Notes: generated by a model not told the origin, from the letters alone. Numbered from the stretch's first letter, positions 37,961 to 51,020 are shown. The stretch is 64,000 nt of DNA from Octopus bimaculoides (GCF_001194135.2 NC_069000.1:6567631-6631630), one strand, 5' to 3'. Program-made: numbers and translations.

Positions 37961-38785
37961 ATATATTATATATATATATACTAGATGAATAGTCCATTGT
38001 TGCTGGGCAATTTTTACAATAGAATGTCTTATATAAAGTTTTGTCAGATCATGCCTTACACAAAAGATTGACTTCTTGATCAGGTTTGTTCAATTTTTCA
38101 CAAAAAGCCTTCAATGAGGAATTTTTTCCTTTTTAAAATATTTACATGTCTGTTCAACCATTTCATATGACTTTTATTCATTACAACATATTAAAACTTC
38201 AAAAGTTCTTACAACTTTATTCGTCATAATGTTTTGCTTTCATTTGTATAATAAAAATTCCACCTCTTAAGAACTTTGCTTTCATTTTTTTGGTATCATG
38301 CAGAAAATGCTGGCTTCGAAATCCTGTTTTCTGATTAGGTAAAACTGATTTAACTTTAAACCTCAGTAACATGTTTCTGCAATTTTCCTGGAACAATTAA
38401 ATAACACATTTGGACTTAATGTGGAAAATTATTTCAATATACCAAATTAGAAAATTTTGACATAATTTTAAAATTTCATAATATGCGACAGCAAAAGTAG
38501 AGAGACAGACAGTAATAGGATGTGATGCACACACACACACACACACATTTACAAATGTACACACAGGTAATCACGAATTTCAAATGGTCTATAGTAGACA
38601 TGTATGTATGTCTGTATGCATGTATATGTATGTATTGTGCGTATGTGTGTGTGTCTGTGTGTGAGTGTTTCTTTGCGATGGACAGCAGAAAAGCCACCTA
38701 CCCCCTCCCCTCTTTCCTTAAAGCTACGTATTCCTCACACCCACCTTTGTTTCCCTTCCTCTGCATTCTAAAAGTTACTCATGTG

Positions 38786-38824
<39 letters not shown>

Positions 38825-38909
38825 TGGGCGTGTGTGCGTGTGTTTGTATGCATGTAATTATGTATTTGCAAAAGTATGTATGCAGCATTGCATGTATATG
38901 ACAGCTGTA

Positions 38910-39041
38910 TTAACCTTTTACTTGTTTCAGTCATTTGACTGTAGCCATGCTGGAGCACCGTCATCGGTCAAGCAAATCAACTCCAGGACTTATTCTTTTG
39001 CCGAACCGGTAAATTACGGGTTGTCAAGCGATGTTGGGGGA

Positions 39042-39085
<44 letters not shown>

Positions 39086-39245
39086 ATGGGCTTCTTTCAG
39101 TTTCCGTCTACCAAAAATCCACTCACAAGACTTTGGTTGGCCCAAGGCTTTAGTAGAAGTCACTTGCCCAAGGTGCCACGCAGTGGGACTGAACCTGTAA
39201 CCATGTGGTTGGTAAGCAAGCTACTTATCACACAGCCACTCCTGC
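38910..39245 (-). mobile_element. Composite SINE B-(CA)n-C; similar 42598-42970(-), 62555-62905(-), 61720-61940(+); C-only copies ~9550-9660, 19330-19410, 28620-28800(-), 37555-37700(-), 59530-59730(-)
   Basis: TTTTACTTGTTTCAGTCATTTGACTG..CCATGCTGGAGCACCG..GCCGAACC..TTGTCAAGCGATG..(CA)n..GGGCTTCTTTCAGTTTCCGTCTACC. Confidence 0.85.
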
Positions 39246-40324
39246 ACCATATATACATTTACACACACACACACATACATATATACAAACACAGATAGTG
39301 TATATATAATGTGTCTATACATACACATGCACACATATGCAAACACTACATTTCTTTTTCTCTCTGTCTTTCTTCCTCCTTTGCTCCTCCCTCTCTCTCT
39401 CTCTCTCTCTCTCACTCTCTCTCTCTCTCTCCTTTCAAAACTTTTCATATCTCCCACAGAGAGAAAAGAATGCATCCATTATAAATTAGAGCCGTAAATG
39501 ACCTCAATTTTGAAGGACACAGGTGGAGGATATACAACCAACAACAGAGATGGCCACCACCACAATGAACAACTACAACAACAACACCTTATATTATCTG
39601 TCCTTGAATAATATCAAGAAAAACGCCATTTGCTCCTGTCTTAAAAGTTCAAAGACGATGAAGCTTATTAAATAATTCCATCATTGATATTAGTTCACCA
39701 TTATTTACCCGGGTTTTATTTGTAAAGATCTGTACGTATGCGTGCATGTATGTATGTGTGTGCATGTTTACGTGTATGTAGGTGTGTGTTTATATGCATG
39801 TGTACATATGTATGTGGGCATGTATGAGTGTGTATTTGTGGGTGTATATGTATGCAGGTGTGTACATGTCCGTATATACATATATATCATCATCATCATC
39901 GTCATCATTTAACATCCGTTGTCCATGCTGGTTAAACCGTCCAACCCATGCTAGCATGGACAACGGACTATTTCCCTTTCACTGCCTATACTTTGATGAT
40001 GACGGTAATATATATGTACATAACTATATATATATATAGACAGATAGCTAGATAGATATGTAGATGTATATGCTTATATGTGAAGGTGTGTGGCCTGGTG
40101 ATAAAGAAGTTGCACTCATGATCACAAGATCATGGGTTCGATTCCCAGCCTGAGCAGTGCATTGTGTTCTTTAGTAAAGTACTTCATTTCACGTTACCCC
40201 TGTCTACTCAGCTGTAAATGTGTAACCCTGTGTCAGATTAGGGTTCCGATCGGGGGAATGTTTGTCTGTGCTCCTAGCTAACAGGGTGACGTCATTCAAA
40301 AGTGAAAACAATGCAAAGCACATT

Positions 40325-40904
40325 GTGATAACAGAGGAATTCAGAACAGGATGCCCCTGGGAGCTCCTCTATGTTGATGACCTTGCACTAATTGCTGAGT
40401 CACTATCAGAACTAGAGAAGTTTCAGGTTGGAAGCAAGGACTAGAATCAAAGGGCCTTAGAGTCAACTTAGCTAAAACCAAAGTCCTAATAAATAGGAAG
40501 GTAGAGAAAACACAAACCCCTTCAGGTAGGTCGCCCTGCTCAGTTTGTAGGAAAGGCGTAGGTAGAAACTCTATAAGATGCACCCAGTGCAAGCTATGGA
40601 CACATAAGAGGTGCAGCAATATCAAAGGAAGGTTAACTAGGAAGTTAGTTTTTGTATGTGACACATGTTCAGGAGCAATAAACACTGTAAATGTGAAGAA
40701 AACAAGTTCTGCCACATTCCAGGGAGAAAAACTAGAGGTAGTTGATAGCTTCCGCTATCTAGGTGACCAAGTTAGTAGTGGGGGAGGGTGCGTTGAAAGT
40801 GTAGCTGCTAGAATAAGAATAGCCTGGGCAAAGTTCAGAGAGCTCTTGCCTCTGCTGGTGACAAAGGGTCTCTCTCTCAGAGTAAAAGGCAGATTGTATG
40901 ACGC

Positions 40905-40910
<6 letters not shown>
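40325..40910 (+). pseudogene. RTE-clade LINE reverse-transcriptase fragment (one frameshift) with embedded C4HC3 finger
   Basis: ITEEFRTGCPWELLYVDDLALIAESLSELEKF / WKQGLESKGLRVNLAKTKVL..CSVCRKGVGRNSIRCTQCKLWTHKRC..CDTC..LEVVDSFRYLGDQVSSGGGCVESVAARIRIAWAKFRELLPLL..KGRLYDACV. Confidence 0.95.
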
Positions 40911-40945
<35 letters not shown>

Positions 40946-40954
40946 TGTATATAT

Positions 40955-41230
40955 GGCCTAACTGACTCCCATGCCGGCAGCATGTAAAAAGCACCATCCA
41001 AACATGGCTGATGCTAGCACCACCTGGCTGGCTCTCATGCTAGTGGCACATAAAAAGCACCTACTACACTCTCGGAGTGGTTGGCGTTAGGAAGGGCATC
41101 CAGCTGTAGGAACACTGCCAGATAAGATTGGAGCCTGGTGCACCCTCCTGGCTTGCCAGCCCTCAGTCAAACCGTCCAACCCATGCCAGCATGGAAAACG
41201 GACGTTAAACGATGATGATGATGAAGATGA
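40955..41230 (+). mobile_element. Family E RTE tail; further copies ~14050-14165(-), 19578-19680, 26700-26915, 54575-54800, 55660-55860, 58188-58372
   Basis: Hairpin modules plus GGAAGGGCATCCAGC plus (GAT)n tail. Confidence 0.85.
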
Positions 41231-41905
41231 CCAGCTTCTTTTAGTTCCTACCTACCAAATCCACTCACAAGGTTTTGGTCGGCCAGAGGTTATAATGAAA
41301 GACGCTTACCCAAGGTGCCACACAGTGGGACTGAACCCAGAACCGTCTGGTTTGGAATTTTACTATCAATGAGAGCATCACTGAATACTAGGTGTTTGAA
41401 TTCATCCGTATCACATTGGCACATTGACATACATGGTGTTGGACCTTCCTCACACAAATGTAAGGAAATTTAATGGTTAGTGTTGTTTACCGAAAGGCCA
41501 GTTCTGACCTAAACAGACTTCCTGACGTGACCAATCCATCTTTTGTTGGGGACACAGACATGCAGTGTATATATGATTACGTTATCCATGTTAAGACTAT
41601 AGGGTGTGATTAAATAAATGTTTGGCTGCTATTTCTAACAGATCAAACGACCACTCAGTGACTCATCATTATTTGTGGCTGTCAGTAATGTTGTTGTTGT
41701 CGTTTCAAGCCAGTGTGAAATGTTAATATTTGTGAGTGAGAAGTAGTAACTGTCACCAATCGCCAAGAGAATGTCGGGTGAGTTCCATAAGTAATTCAGG
41801 GCAAGTCACCCATTATATACCTGTGTGCGTGAGTGTGTGTGCGTGAGTGTGTGCGTGAGTGTGTGTGCGTGAGTGTGTGCATGCACCAAAATAGACAGAT
41901 TGATG

Positions 41906-41937
<32 letters not shown>

Positions 41938-42769
41938 CCAGAGACAGATGTATAGATTTGTTGGTAGAAAGAGAGAGAGGCAGATGGATGGAGAGATAGA
42001 TAGAGATAGATAGATAGAGAGAGATAGAGAGAGAGAGATACATAGATTTACACCAATGCTGTGGTGGTGGTTGATTTTAAAACCGAGGTCAGTCTGGTGA
42101 CACTGACTGACCTACTTGTCAAAATATCGCATAACTTTCTCTCCCCGTCTCACTCATATATATATNNNNNNNNNNNNNNNNNNNNNNNNNNNNNNNNNNN
42201 NNNNNNNNNNNNNNNNNNNNNNNNNNNNNNNNNNNNNNNNNNNNNNNNNNNNNNNNNNNNNNNNNNNNNNNNNNNNNNNNNNNNNNNNNNNNNNNNNNNN
42301 NNGTATAGGTCTATTTCTCTTTATCAATACGAGCTATTTTTAACCTAACACTACACAAAAGGTATTTCTATTTATAGATGTACAGATGTTAACACTTGCC
42401 ATTGATTCGTCCGCCTGAAACAGTGGTGACAGCGGTTGTGTCATTGAACCACCTCCACCCGCCACTGCCATGGTGTCCTTGGACTCCAAGGATCTGGTTT
42501 CGTTTCTCTCTTGGCACCGTTTTTTTTGTGTTTTTCCCTTTTTGTTTATTATCATTAGTTGTTATTTTTTTTGATATCATGACAAACTTTAATCTATACT
42601 CTTTTACTTGTTTCAGTCATTTGACTGTGGCCCTGCTGGAGCACCGCCTTTAAGTCGAGCAAATCGACTTATTCTTTGTAAGCCTGCCGAACCGCTAGCT
42701 GACGGGGACATAAACACACCAGCATCGGTTGTCAAGCAATGCTAAGGGGACAAACACAGACACAAGCAT

Positions 42770-42800
<31 letters not shown>

Positions 42801-43067
42801 CGTATATACGACGGGCTTCTTTCAGTTTCCGTCTACCAAATCCACTCACAAGGCTTTGGTCGGCCCGAAGTTATAGTAGAAGACACTTGCCCAAGGTGCC
42901 ACGCAGTGGGACTGAACCCGGAACCATGTGGTTGGTAAGCAAGCTACTTACCACACAGCCACTCCTGCGCCCTGTTGTTTTGTTTTTTTATGCTTAGGTC
43001 AGTCTTAGTCACTGCCGTAAATTACCCAGACGTGTTTTATACACACACACACACACACACACAACTC

Positions 43068-43367
43068 GGAAAGACTTCCTTTTGTGGCTTACCCTATAAT
43101 CTTTATTTTTAAATATTACACACGGTAGAAAATTGATTTCCTACCATGTCTTATAATAATAATAATGAGGAGAAAGTCATAAAAATTGAGAATTTCTATT
43201 AAAAAAAACTTCATTTCAAAATTATGTTTATTCAAGTCCCAGTTTGCCTAACGTTAAGGCTTAAATTGCCTAACTCCATGAAATTTGCCTAACCCCGAGA
43301 CATGGATATACATAATACAGAAATGAAGTATTTTTAATAGAAATTCTTAATTTTTATGACTTTCTCA

Positions 43368-43411
<44 letters not shown>

Positions 43412-43501
43412 AGAAATGGTAGGAAATAAATTTTCCACCATGTGTAATATGTTTTAAAAATTTTATGGGGTGGGGGGTGGGTAAAACAGGAAGTCTTTTC
43501 C
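43068..43501. mobile_element. Foldback element/MITE with long imperfect inverted arms
   Basis: Left arm GGAAAGACTTCC..TATTACACACGGTAGAAAATTGATTTCCTACCATGTCTTATAATAAT..GAGAAAGTCATAAAAATTGAGAATTTCTATTAAAA..CTTCATTTC is the reverse complement of 43320-43501; ~95-bp spacer. Confidence 0.8.
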
Positions 43502-43771
43502 ACAACACATACACACACATACATGGGCGCATACATCAATTGAGCCATGTTCAATATTGATTTATTACTTTCAGCCAGTGGGTTGTGGCCATGCTGGGGC
43601 ATGGGGTGGGATGAGACTGGTGCCATTTGTTCCATAAATATTTTGTAGGTGTGATGATAGTTTTGGACAGACATAATGTTGGAATAATTGCCTTGAATTC
43701 AATGACATTCTGGTAGATTTTTATCTCGAAAATATTTGTATATATATACATATTTTTAGAACTTTATAACA

Positions 43772-43806
<35 letters not shown>

Positions 43807-44335
43807 NNNNNNNNNNNNNNNNNNNNNNNNNNNNNNNNNNNNNNNNNNNNNNNNNNNNNNNNNNNNNNNNNNNNNNNNNNNNNNNNNNNNNNNNNNNNNN
43901 NNNNNNNNNNNNNNNNNNNNNNNNNNNNNNNNNNNNNNNNNNNNNNNNNNNNNNNNNNNNNNNNNNNNNNNNNNNNNNNNNNNNNNNNNNNNNNNNNNNN
44001 NNNNNNNNNNNNNNNNNNNNNNNNNNNNNNNNNNNNNNNNNNNNNNNNNNNNNNNNNNNNNNNNNNNNNNNNNNNNNNNNNNNNNNNNNNNNTAGGGAAG
44101 AAAAGGGGTGAGCAGTAAAGGTCAGTAACATACAGTTAATTAGTGTAGCCACATGTGTGATTGTAGATACATGTACATACACACACACACACACGCATGC
44201 ACATGCACGCATAGATATGCACATACATACGGTCGCATATTTAATTATGATAAAAAGGGTGAGAGGGAAAGAAAGATTTAGACAGGAGTTAGTTTGAGAA
44301 CAAGAGAAGTGGTGGAAGGAGAACGTGTGTATGCA

Positions 44336-44384
<49 letters not shown>

Positions 44385-44934
44385 AATACACAGCCTGAAG
44401 TTTCAAATCAAAATTTTTACATAAATATGACGGCTATAATCACATATGGAGTATACCCTTCCTTGTTTATCAAAAACAACATTCACATACATACATCTGT
44501 ACATATACACACACACACACATATACACACTCACACATACACACACACATGTGCACATATATATATACCTACCTATACATACATCATACATACATCCATC
44601 CATACAGCCATACATCTATACATACATTCATGCATCCAAACATGCATACATACATAATTCATACATACATACATGCGTACATACATACATACATGCGTAC
44701 ATACATACATACATCTTGTATGGGTAATTAGGGTAAATATCAATAATAATCTACAAGAATGTCTTTCAATTCAAGACAATTATTCCAACATTATGTCTTT
44801 CCAAAACTATCATCACACCTACAAAATATTTATGGAACAAATGGCACCACTCTCACCCTATGCCATTGCATGGCCACAACCGACTGGCTGAAAGTAATAA
44901 ATCGATTTTTTATTTTCCATATGTTTTTTATTTT

Positions 44935-44975
<41 letters not shown>

Positions 44976-45272
44976 CCTATATAAATCAAAATAAGCAACA
45001 AGGATATTCAGAGGTAATGCAGTACGATCATTTCAAGCAACGCCATTTAATTGAACAATGCAATCATTAAATCAATTTAAATGCAGAGCAATCCTCAGCT
45101 GCATAAAGACATAGAATTTAATTAAATTAAAACAGATGGACACTTTAGTATAATTTTACCTAAAATCTCCAAGAAGGTAAGGAGATAGACAAAGAACATG
45201 CTGTCTTCACTTCAGCTTAGAAGCTACATAGGAGACAATGGTTACTACTGAATAGAAAATAGTGTGGTAAAA

Positions 45273-45669
45273 AATTGTAATTGTAAGGACATGAATGTAT
45301 GTCCCCTGGGAAATGAATGCTTTTGTAAGAACATAATATCTAAATGTTCAGTTAGAACACTAGTAGATGCATTTGTATATATTGGTACAACTGCTGATTG
45401 TTCCAGACATTGGTATTGAAACTACATTGTATCCTTTATAAACATTAACATGAAGCACTGCACATCACTCACACTAACCTGATCTAGAAACCTAAGGAAA
45501 GAAAAGTGCAATACAACATGGACAGTAATATAAAACATATCCATACAATAAATTTTCAAGATCTTGCAATCTCTATTCTAAAGAGGCGCTATGTGTTTTG
45601 ATGTGTACAGATAAACTTGTGAATAGGCACTCCAAAAGAGTTACTAGATGCAACCACAAACTAACATAG
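45273..45669 (+). pseudogene. Penelope-like element GIY-YIG endonuclease remnant
   Basis: NCNCKDMNVCPLGNECFCKNIISKCSVRTLVDAFVYIGTT..HWY*NYIVSF..HCTSL and RSCNLYSKEALCVL..KLVNRHSKRVTRCNHK match the PLE CNC..CPL.G.C....VY..YIG and CNLC..EK..LLN.RSE...KCRH motifs. Confidence 0.8.
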
Positions 45670-45769
45670 TCATTTTCACAGTTTTGCAAAAAAGAAAAAA
45701 CATTTATTTGAAACTCTATTGATGCAATCTGCTTATTTTACTTAATTTTTCTTTATTATATTGAATTTA

Positions 45770-46285
45770 TTTATCTCTGTTTTTAAATATAGTTAAATGT
45801 ATGTAAGAAATATATACGTGTGTTTATATATATATCAAACTATATACACTACCTTGAATGCTGGACCTAGCCTATACTAATATTAACATATATAGTAAAA
45901 ATAGTAAGAATGTATGTTAGGAGTATATATGGGTGCATGTATAAATAGATATACGTGGGCATATCCTATTTTGCTCATATTGTCTGAATATTGAATTCTA
46001 TTTTATTCAACTTTATCGTATTGTATTATCTGTTTCTGTTTTTTTTTTTAGATAGTTAAAATGTAAGAAGTGTACAGGTGTACATATATAAATAGATACA
46101 TGAATGTATTTTTTTTATTTTACTTTCTTTTATTTCTGTCTCTAAGTATAGTAGGTGTATAAGTAAGAAGTGTATGTGTGTACATATATAAATAGATATA
46201 TACATATACATTTCATTTTACTTTATTATACTTTTTCTTGACTATATAATAGTAAGAATGCATGTAAGAAGTATATATATATATA
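45770..46285 (+). repeat. AT-rich degenerate tandem repeat, ~100-160 bp period
   Basis: Recurring GTAAGAAGTGTA..GTACATATATAAATAGATA..TTTTACTTT units. Confidence 0.55.
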
Positions 46286-46286
46286 G

Positions 46287-46604
46287 TGCCACACCCTAAC
46301 AGTTGAGGGAACCCGTGGAAGAGGTAAGCCCAGGAAGACCTGGGCTGAGGTGGTGAGGCAAGACCTTCGAACATTGGGCCTCACCAAGGCGATGACTACT
46401 GACCGAGACCTTTGGAAATGTGCTGTGCGTGAGAAGACCCGGCAAGCCAAGTAAGATCGTTGCCAGTGCCCCTGGACTGGCTCTTGTGCGGGTGGCACAT
46501 AAGATGCACCATTTTGAGCGTGGCCATTGCCAGTACCGCCTGACTGGCCTCCGTAGGATTTTCGAGCAAGATCGTTGCCAGTGCCCCTGGACTGGCTTGT
46601 GCGG
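46287..46604 (+). mobile_element. RTE LINE ORF2 C-terminus and start of hairpin-array 3'UTR (runs into gap)
   Basis: CHTLTVEGTRGRGKPRKTWAEVVRQDLRTLGLTKAMTTDRDLWKCAVREKTRQAK* then GATCGTTGCCAGTGCCCCTGGACTGGC modules. Confidence 0.92.
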
Positions 46605-47969
46605 NNNNNNNNNNNNNNNNNNNNNNNNNNNNNNNNNNNNNNNNNNNNNNNNNNNNNNNNNNNNNNNNNNNNNNNNNNNNNNNNNNNNNNNNNNNNNNNN
46701 NNNNNNNNNNNNNNNNNNNNNNNNNNNNNNNNNNNNNNNNNNNNNNNNNNNNNNNNNNNNNNNNNNNNNNNNNNNNNNNNNNNNNNNNNNNNNNNNNNNN
46801 NNNNNNNNNNNNNNNNNNNNNNNNNNNNNNNNNNNNNNNNNNNNNNNNNNNNNNNNNNNNNNNNNNNNNNNNNNNNNNNNNNNNNNNNNNNNNNNNNNNN
46901 NNNNNNNNNNNNNNNNNNNNNNNNNNNNNNNNNNNNNNNNNNNNNNNNNNNNNNNNNNNNNNNNNNNNNNNNNNNNNNNNNNNNNNNNNNNNNNNNNNNN
47001 NNNNNNNNNNNNNNNNNNNNNNNNNNNNNNNNNNNNNNNNNNNNNNNNNNNNNNNNNNNNNNNNNNNNNNNNNNNNNNNNNNNNNNNNNNNNNNNNNNNN
47101 NNNNNNNNNNNNNNNNNNNNNNNNNNNNNNNNNNNNNNNNNNNNNNNNNNNNNNNNNNNNNNNNNNNNNNNNNNNNNNNNNNNNNNNNNNNNNNNNNNNN
47201 NNNNNNNNNNNNNNNNNNNNNNNNNNNNNNNNNNNNNNNNNNNNNNNNNNNNNNNNNNNNNNNNNNNNNNNNNNNNNNNNNNNNNNNNNNNNNNNNNNNN
47301 NNNNNNNNNNNNNNNNNNNNNNNNNNNNNNNNNNNNNNNNNNNNNNNNNNNNNNNNNNATATATATATATTTATAATATAGATTTAATCAAAAGATTAAA
47401 TGTGGTACTTAAAATGTTTGAGGCACCAGAATTTGGTAGGGTAAAAACCAAAAACAAAATCAAGAGATTTGGTGAATAAAATTTGAAGAAAAGCAACAAA
47501 AATTCATTAGGTTATAGCAGTACGTACGTTTCGTACAAACTTCATTTATTTATGTAGTGAGAACACCACATAAGATGTGTAATGAAAATGTACTCCTCAG
47601 CTGCATAATGGAAGTTCATTTTAGAAAGTCATTTTGTAGATGTGTGCAAAAACAAAAGCAGGAGATGAAGAAAATACCATCTTGACTGGGCTGTTAATCA
47701 AAGCATAACAACATGGGTAGAGGCTGATATCTTAACATTTCTGATGGTCTTAAGTATAAAAAAAAATTAAGATTTATATAAAACTACATTGAGAGTATGT
47801 CTATAAGCTATTGTGTTTAGATCTGGTTTCTATCCTCAAACTGTTCCATTTTGTAGATGCAATTTAAAAATTTTTTTTATAAAGAACTCTGAAATTAGAA
47901 AAATCAAAAATCTGCAACAATCTCGGTCCCATGAGAATCGGATAATGGCTTTTCAACAGTGTAAAGAAA

Positions 47970-48600
47970 CTGATTGTGGTAATCGTAGTTTTGATGGTGA
48001 TTGTGGTGAAAGCAGAGACAGTGTTGATGATGATGATGGTCGAGATAAGTATGGAAGGAGGATAAAATAGTATCGGTGGTTATAATGGTGACAGGAGTGG
48101 TGATGCTGAGGTGATGGTGGTAATAGTGGTGTTGATGATAGTGTTAGTTGTGTGATGGTGGTATTGTAGTGGCTATACTGGTTGTGGTGGTGAAAGCGAC
48201 TGTCGAGGTAACCATCATAACATTGATGGCAGTGTATGTGGTTGAAGTGGAAGCAATGACAATGCTGCTGATGATGGTGGTTGTGGTGGTGGTGGTGGGG
48301 ATAGTGGTATGATAGTTGTGGTGACTGTGATATGGTGGTAGTGGTGGTGGTCGTCGTCGTCGTTGTCATCGTAGTGCTGCTCCTACTGGGTAGTTGTAGT
48401 GATGGCGGTAGTACTAGTGGTGTGGTGACATGCTGCTGGTTGTGGNNNNNNNNNNNNNNNNNNNNNNNNNNNNNNNNNNNNNNNNNNNNNNNNNNNNNNN
48501 NNNNNNNNNNNNNNNNNNNNGGTGGGTAATGTTGCTGGTGCTGGTAGGTGGTTGTGGTGCAGATGCTATTGGTCTAGTGATGGTGCTGGTCAGTTGTATC
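47970..48600 (+). repeat. (GGT/GAT/GTC)n compound microsatellite
   Basis: Explains poly-V/T/H ORFs. Confidence 0.9.
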
Positions 48601-48647
48601 ACCAAAACTGGTTCCGTTGGTGACAGCCCATCCATTGTACAGCCATT

Positions 48648-49372
48648 CGATGTGCAATGTCAGTGTGCATACACGACAGAGTGTAAGCGCCCTGAGAGAA
48701 AAGTTGGGCATATGAAGCATCGTAAGTGGTGTGCAAGAGAGATGACTGAGCTGGTATGGTCATGTGTTACGTATGGATGAGGACAGCCATGTAAGGGAGT
48801 GCCACACTCTAACTGTGGAAGGAAACTGTGGTAGAGGTAGACCCAGGAAGACATGGGATGAGGTGGTGGAGCATGACCTTTGAACGTTGGGTCTCACAGA
48901 GGCAATGACAGGAGACCGAGACCTTTGCAGATATGCTGTGATTGAGAAGACCCGGCAACTAAAGTGAGATCATAGTCATGGCCGATGCCAGTGTTGCATG
49001 TCTGGCTCATTGAAAAGTACTCTTGGTGCGTCAGGCGATATGATATGCTTGAGAAGACCTGTTGAGTCAAGTAAAACCAAAATCGTAGTTGTGGCCAGTG
49101 CTCTTTGACTGGCTCCCATGCCGGTAGCATGTAAAAAAGCACCATCTGAATGTGATCGATGCCAGTGCTCCCTGACTGGCTGCTGTGCTGGTGGCGCATA
49201 AAAAGCACCCACTACACTCTTGGAGTGGTTGGCGCTAGGAAGGGCATCCAGCTGTAGAAACATTGCCAGATCAGATTGGAGCCTGGTGCAGCCGCTGATT
49301 CCCAGACCTCAAACCGTCCAACCCATGCCAGCATGGAAAACGGACATTAAACGATGATGATGATGATGATGA
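48648..49372 (+). mobile_element. 5'-truncated RTE LINE: ORF2 C-terminus, 3'UTR and (GAT)n tail
   Basis: CNVSVHTRQSVSALREKLGI..WYGHVLRMDEDSHVRECHTLTVEGNCGRGRPRKTWDEVVEHDL*TLGLTEAMTGDRDLCRYAVIEKTRQLK*; GRPRKTW is typical of RTE. Confidence 0.92.
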
Positions 49373-49669
49373 CGAAACAAGTGCAAAATCTGTTAACATG
49401 GTGTTATTGTTGCTCGGACTGAGCTGACCAATCCGATCAATGGTCAAAGACATTTCCAGCCGTGACCACCCTGTCTCTTAAGGTGAGTCTATAGCATGTG
49501 ATCTGATGTCTAGTTTTCTTATTTTAGAAAGTAAGGTGTGATATGAAAAAGATCTAGCTGCTATTTCTAGCAAGTCGTTAGCCCATCTGCGCGTTAATAT
49601 TTTATGGATGTTGGTAAAACATTTAAATAAGAAACCAAGTGAAATTGATCTGGGTAAAAACAAACAGAA

Positions 49670-50115
49670 CACAGACGGACAGACGGAGAGGCAGACAGAC
49701 AGACATCAGCAAGCAGAGAGAGGCAGACCGGCAGACAGAGGCAGATAGGTACAGACGGACAGACAGACAGACAGATTGGCAGGCAGACAGATATAGAGAT
49801 AGACAGATTGACAGACAAGCAGACAGATAGGGAGGCAGATAGAGTGAGGAAACAAGGGAGAGAGGAAGAGAGAGAAGTGAGAGAGAGATAGTAATAGAAT
49901 GAAAGACTAAGAGAGAAGGTGAACAGAAGTGGGTGTAGAAAGAGAGAAATGAAGAGAGAGAGAGAGAGAGAGAAAGGGTAGGGGTATTGAAGGAGATATA
50001 AACAGAGGGAGAGAATCACGGAGACAGGAGAAAAGGAGAGAAAGAGTGGGGGAGTAAAGGTGAGAAAGAAGGTGAAGCAGAAAGAGAGAGAGGGAGAGAG
50101 ATAAAAGGAGAAAAA
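49670..50115 (+). repeat. (GACA)n/(GA)n polypurine tract
   Basis: Direct reading of sequence. Confidence 0.9.
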
Positions 50116-50629
50116 TAAAGAACCCTCCCCCATCCCACCCCCTGCGCATATAACTACAGGTTCGTCACATGTTTTTGAATCTACGCGAATAGAATTAAAA
50201 ATAGCAGCGAAATCTCCCGGTTTTTCTTTTTGGAAAAGGAAGGACACATTGGATACTGTCATCAATGATAATAATATGCTTGGTGAAAACGATGAAGATG
50301 CGATAGTCTCAACGAGAACGTCCTTAATCATCGATAGATCTGTTGGATCTGCGCTGACCTGGGGTTCAAACGAAATAAATTCCATTCAACAAGATATCTT
50401 CCAAGTGGATGGATACTTGTTTCACAAAAATTTAAAATGGTAGCCAAATCTCCCTCAGATGACACTATACATTAGATAATGTAGTCGTAAATATTACAAT
50501 TTATTTATCTTAAAAAGGAATTTAACAAAAAGGAATGTCACGGTGAGAACGCCTTTGATTATAAGGTCTACTGGATCAGGTTTGACCAAGGGTTAAATAA
50601 CAGCAACAGCTGGCTTATGAGATACAAGC

Positions 50630-50653
50630 TTAGCTTTCTATCTATCTACCTAC

Positions 50654-50684
<31 letters not shown>

Positions 50685-51020
50685 CCTACCAGCTGTCTGC
50701 CTATCTATATATTTCTACATCTATCTACTAGCTCTTCTCTCTATCATTCTATTCACCTGTCTGTGCATGCATGTATATGTATGTATCTACCTAGCAATAT
50801 CTATCTATCTATCTATCTATCTACGTGCGTAGCTGTCAACCTATCTATATATTTATACGTCTATCTACTCACTCTCTCTTTCTTTCTCTTTATCTTTCAA
50901 TCCACCAACCTCTCTGTGCATGCATGCATGCATGTGTGTATCTATTTATCTATATATCTGTCAATGTGCATAGTTGTCTACCTATCTATCTATCTATCTA
51001 CCTATCTATCTATCTATCCT
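50630..51020 (+). repeat. (TATC)n microsatellite
   Basis: Direct reading; gives YLSI ORFs. Confidence 0.9.

Noticed and set aside
47680-47885. Strong minus-strand acceptor followed by ATG (MEQFEDRNQI*)
   Set aside because: The ORF ends after 10 codons and no nearby convincing donor defines an exon.
49594-50443. Longest gap-free ORF (263 aa, minus strand) and the overlapping plus-strand ORF
   Set aside because: The C-terminal two-thirds is (CT)/(CTGT)n read-through, and the protein-like part overlaps a decayed family D repeat (AAGGAAGGACACATTGG..GCTGACCTGGGGTT).
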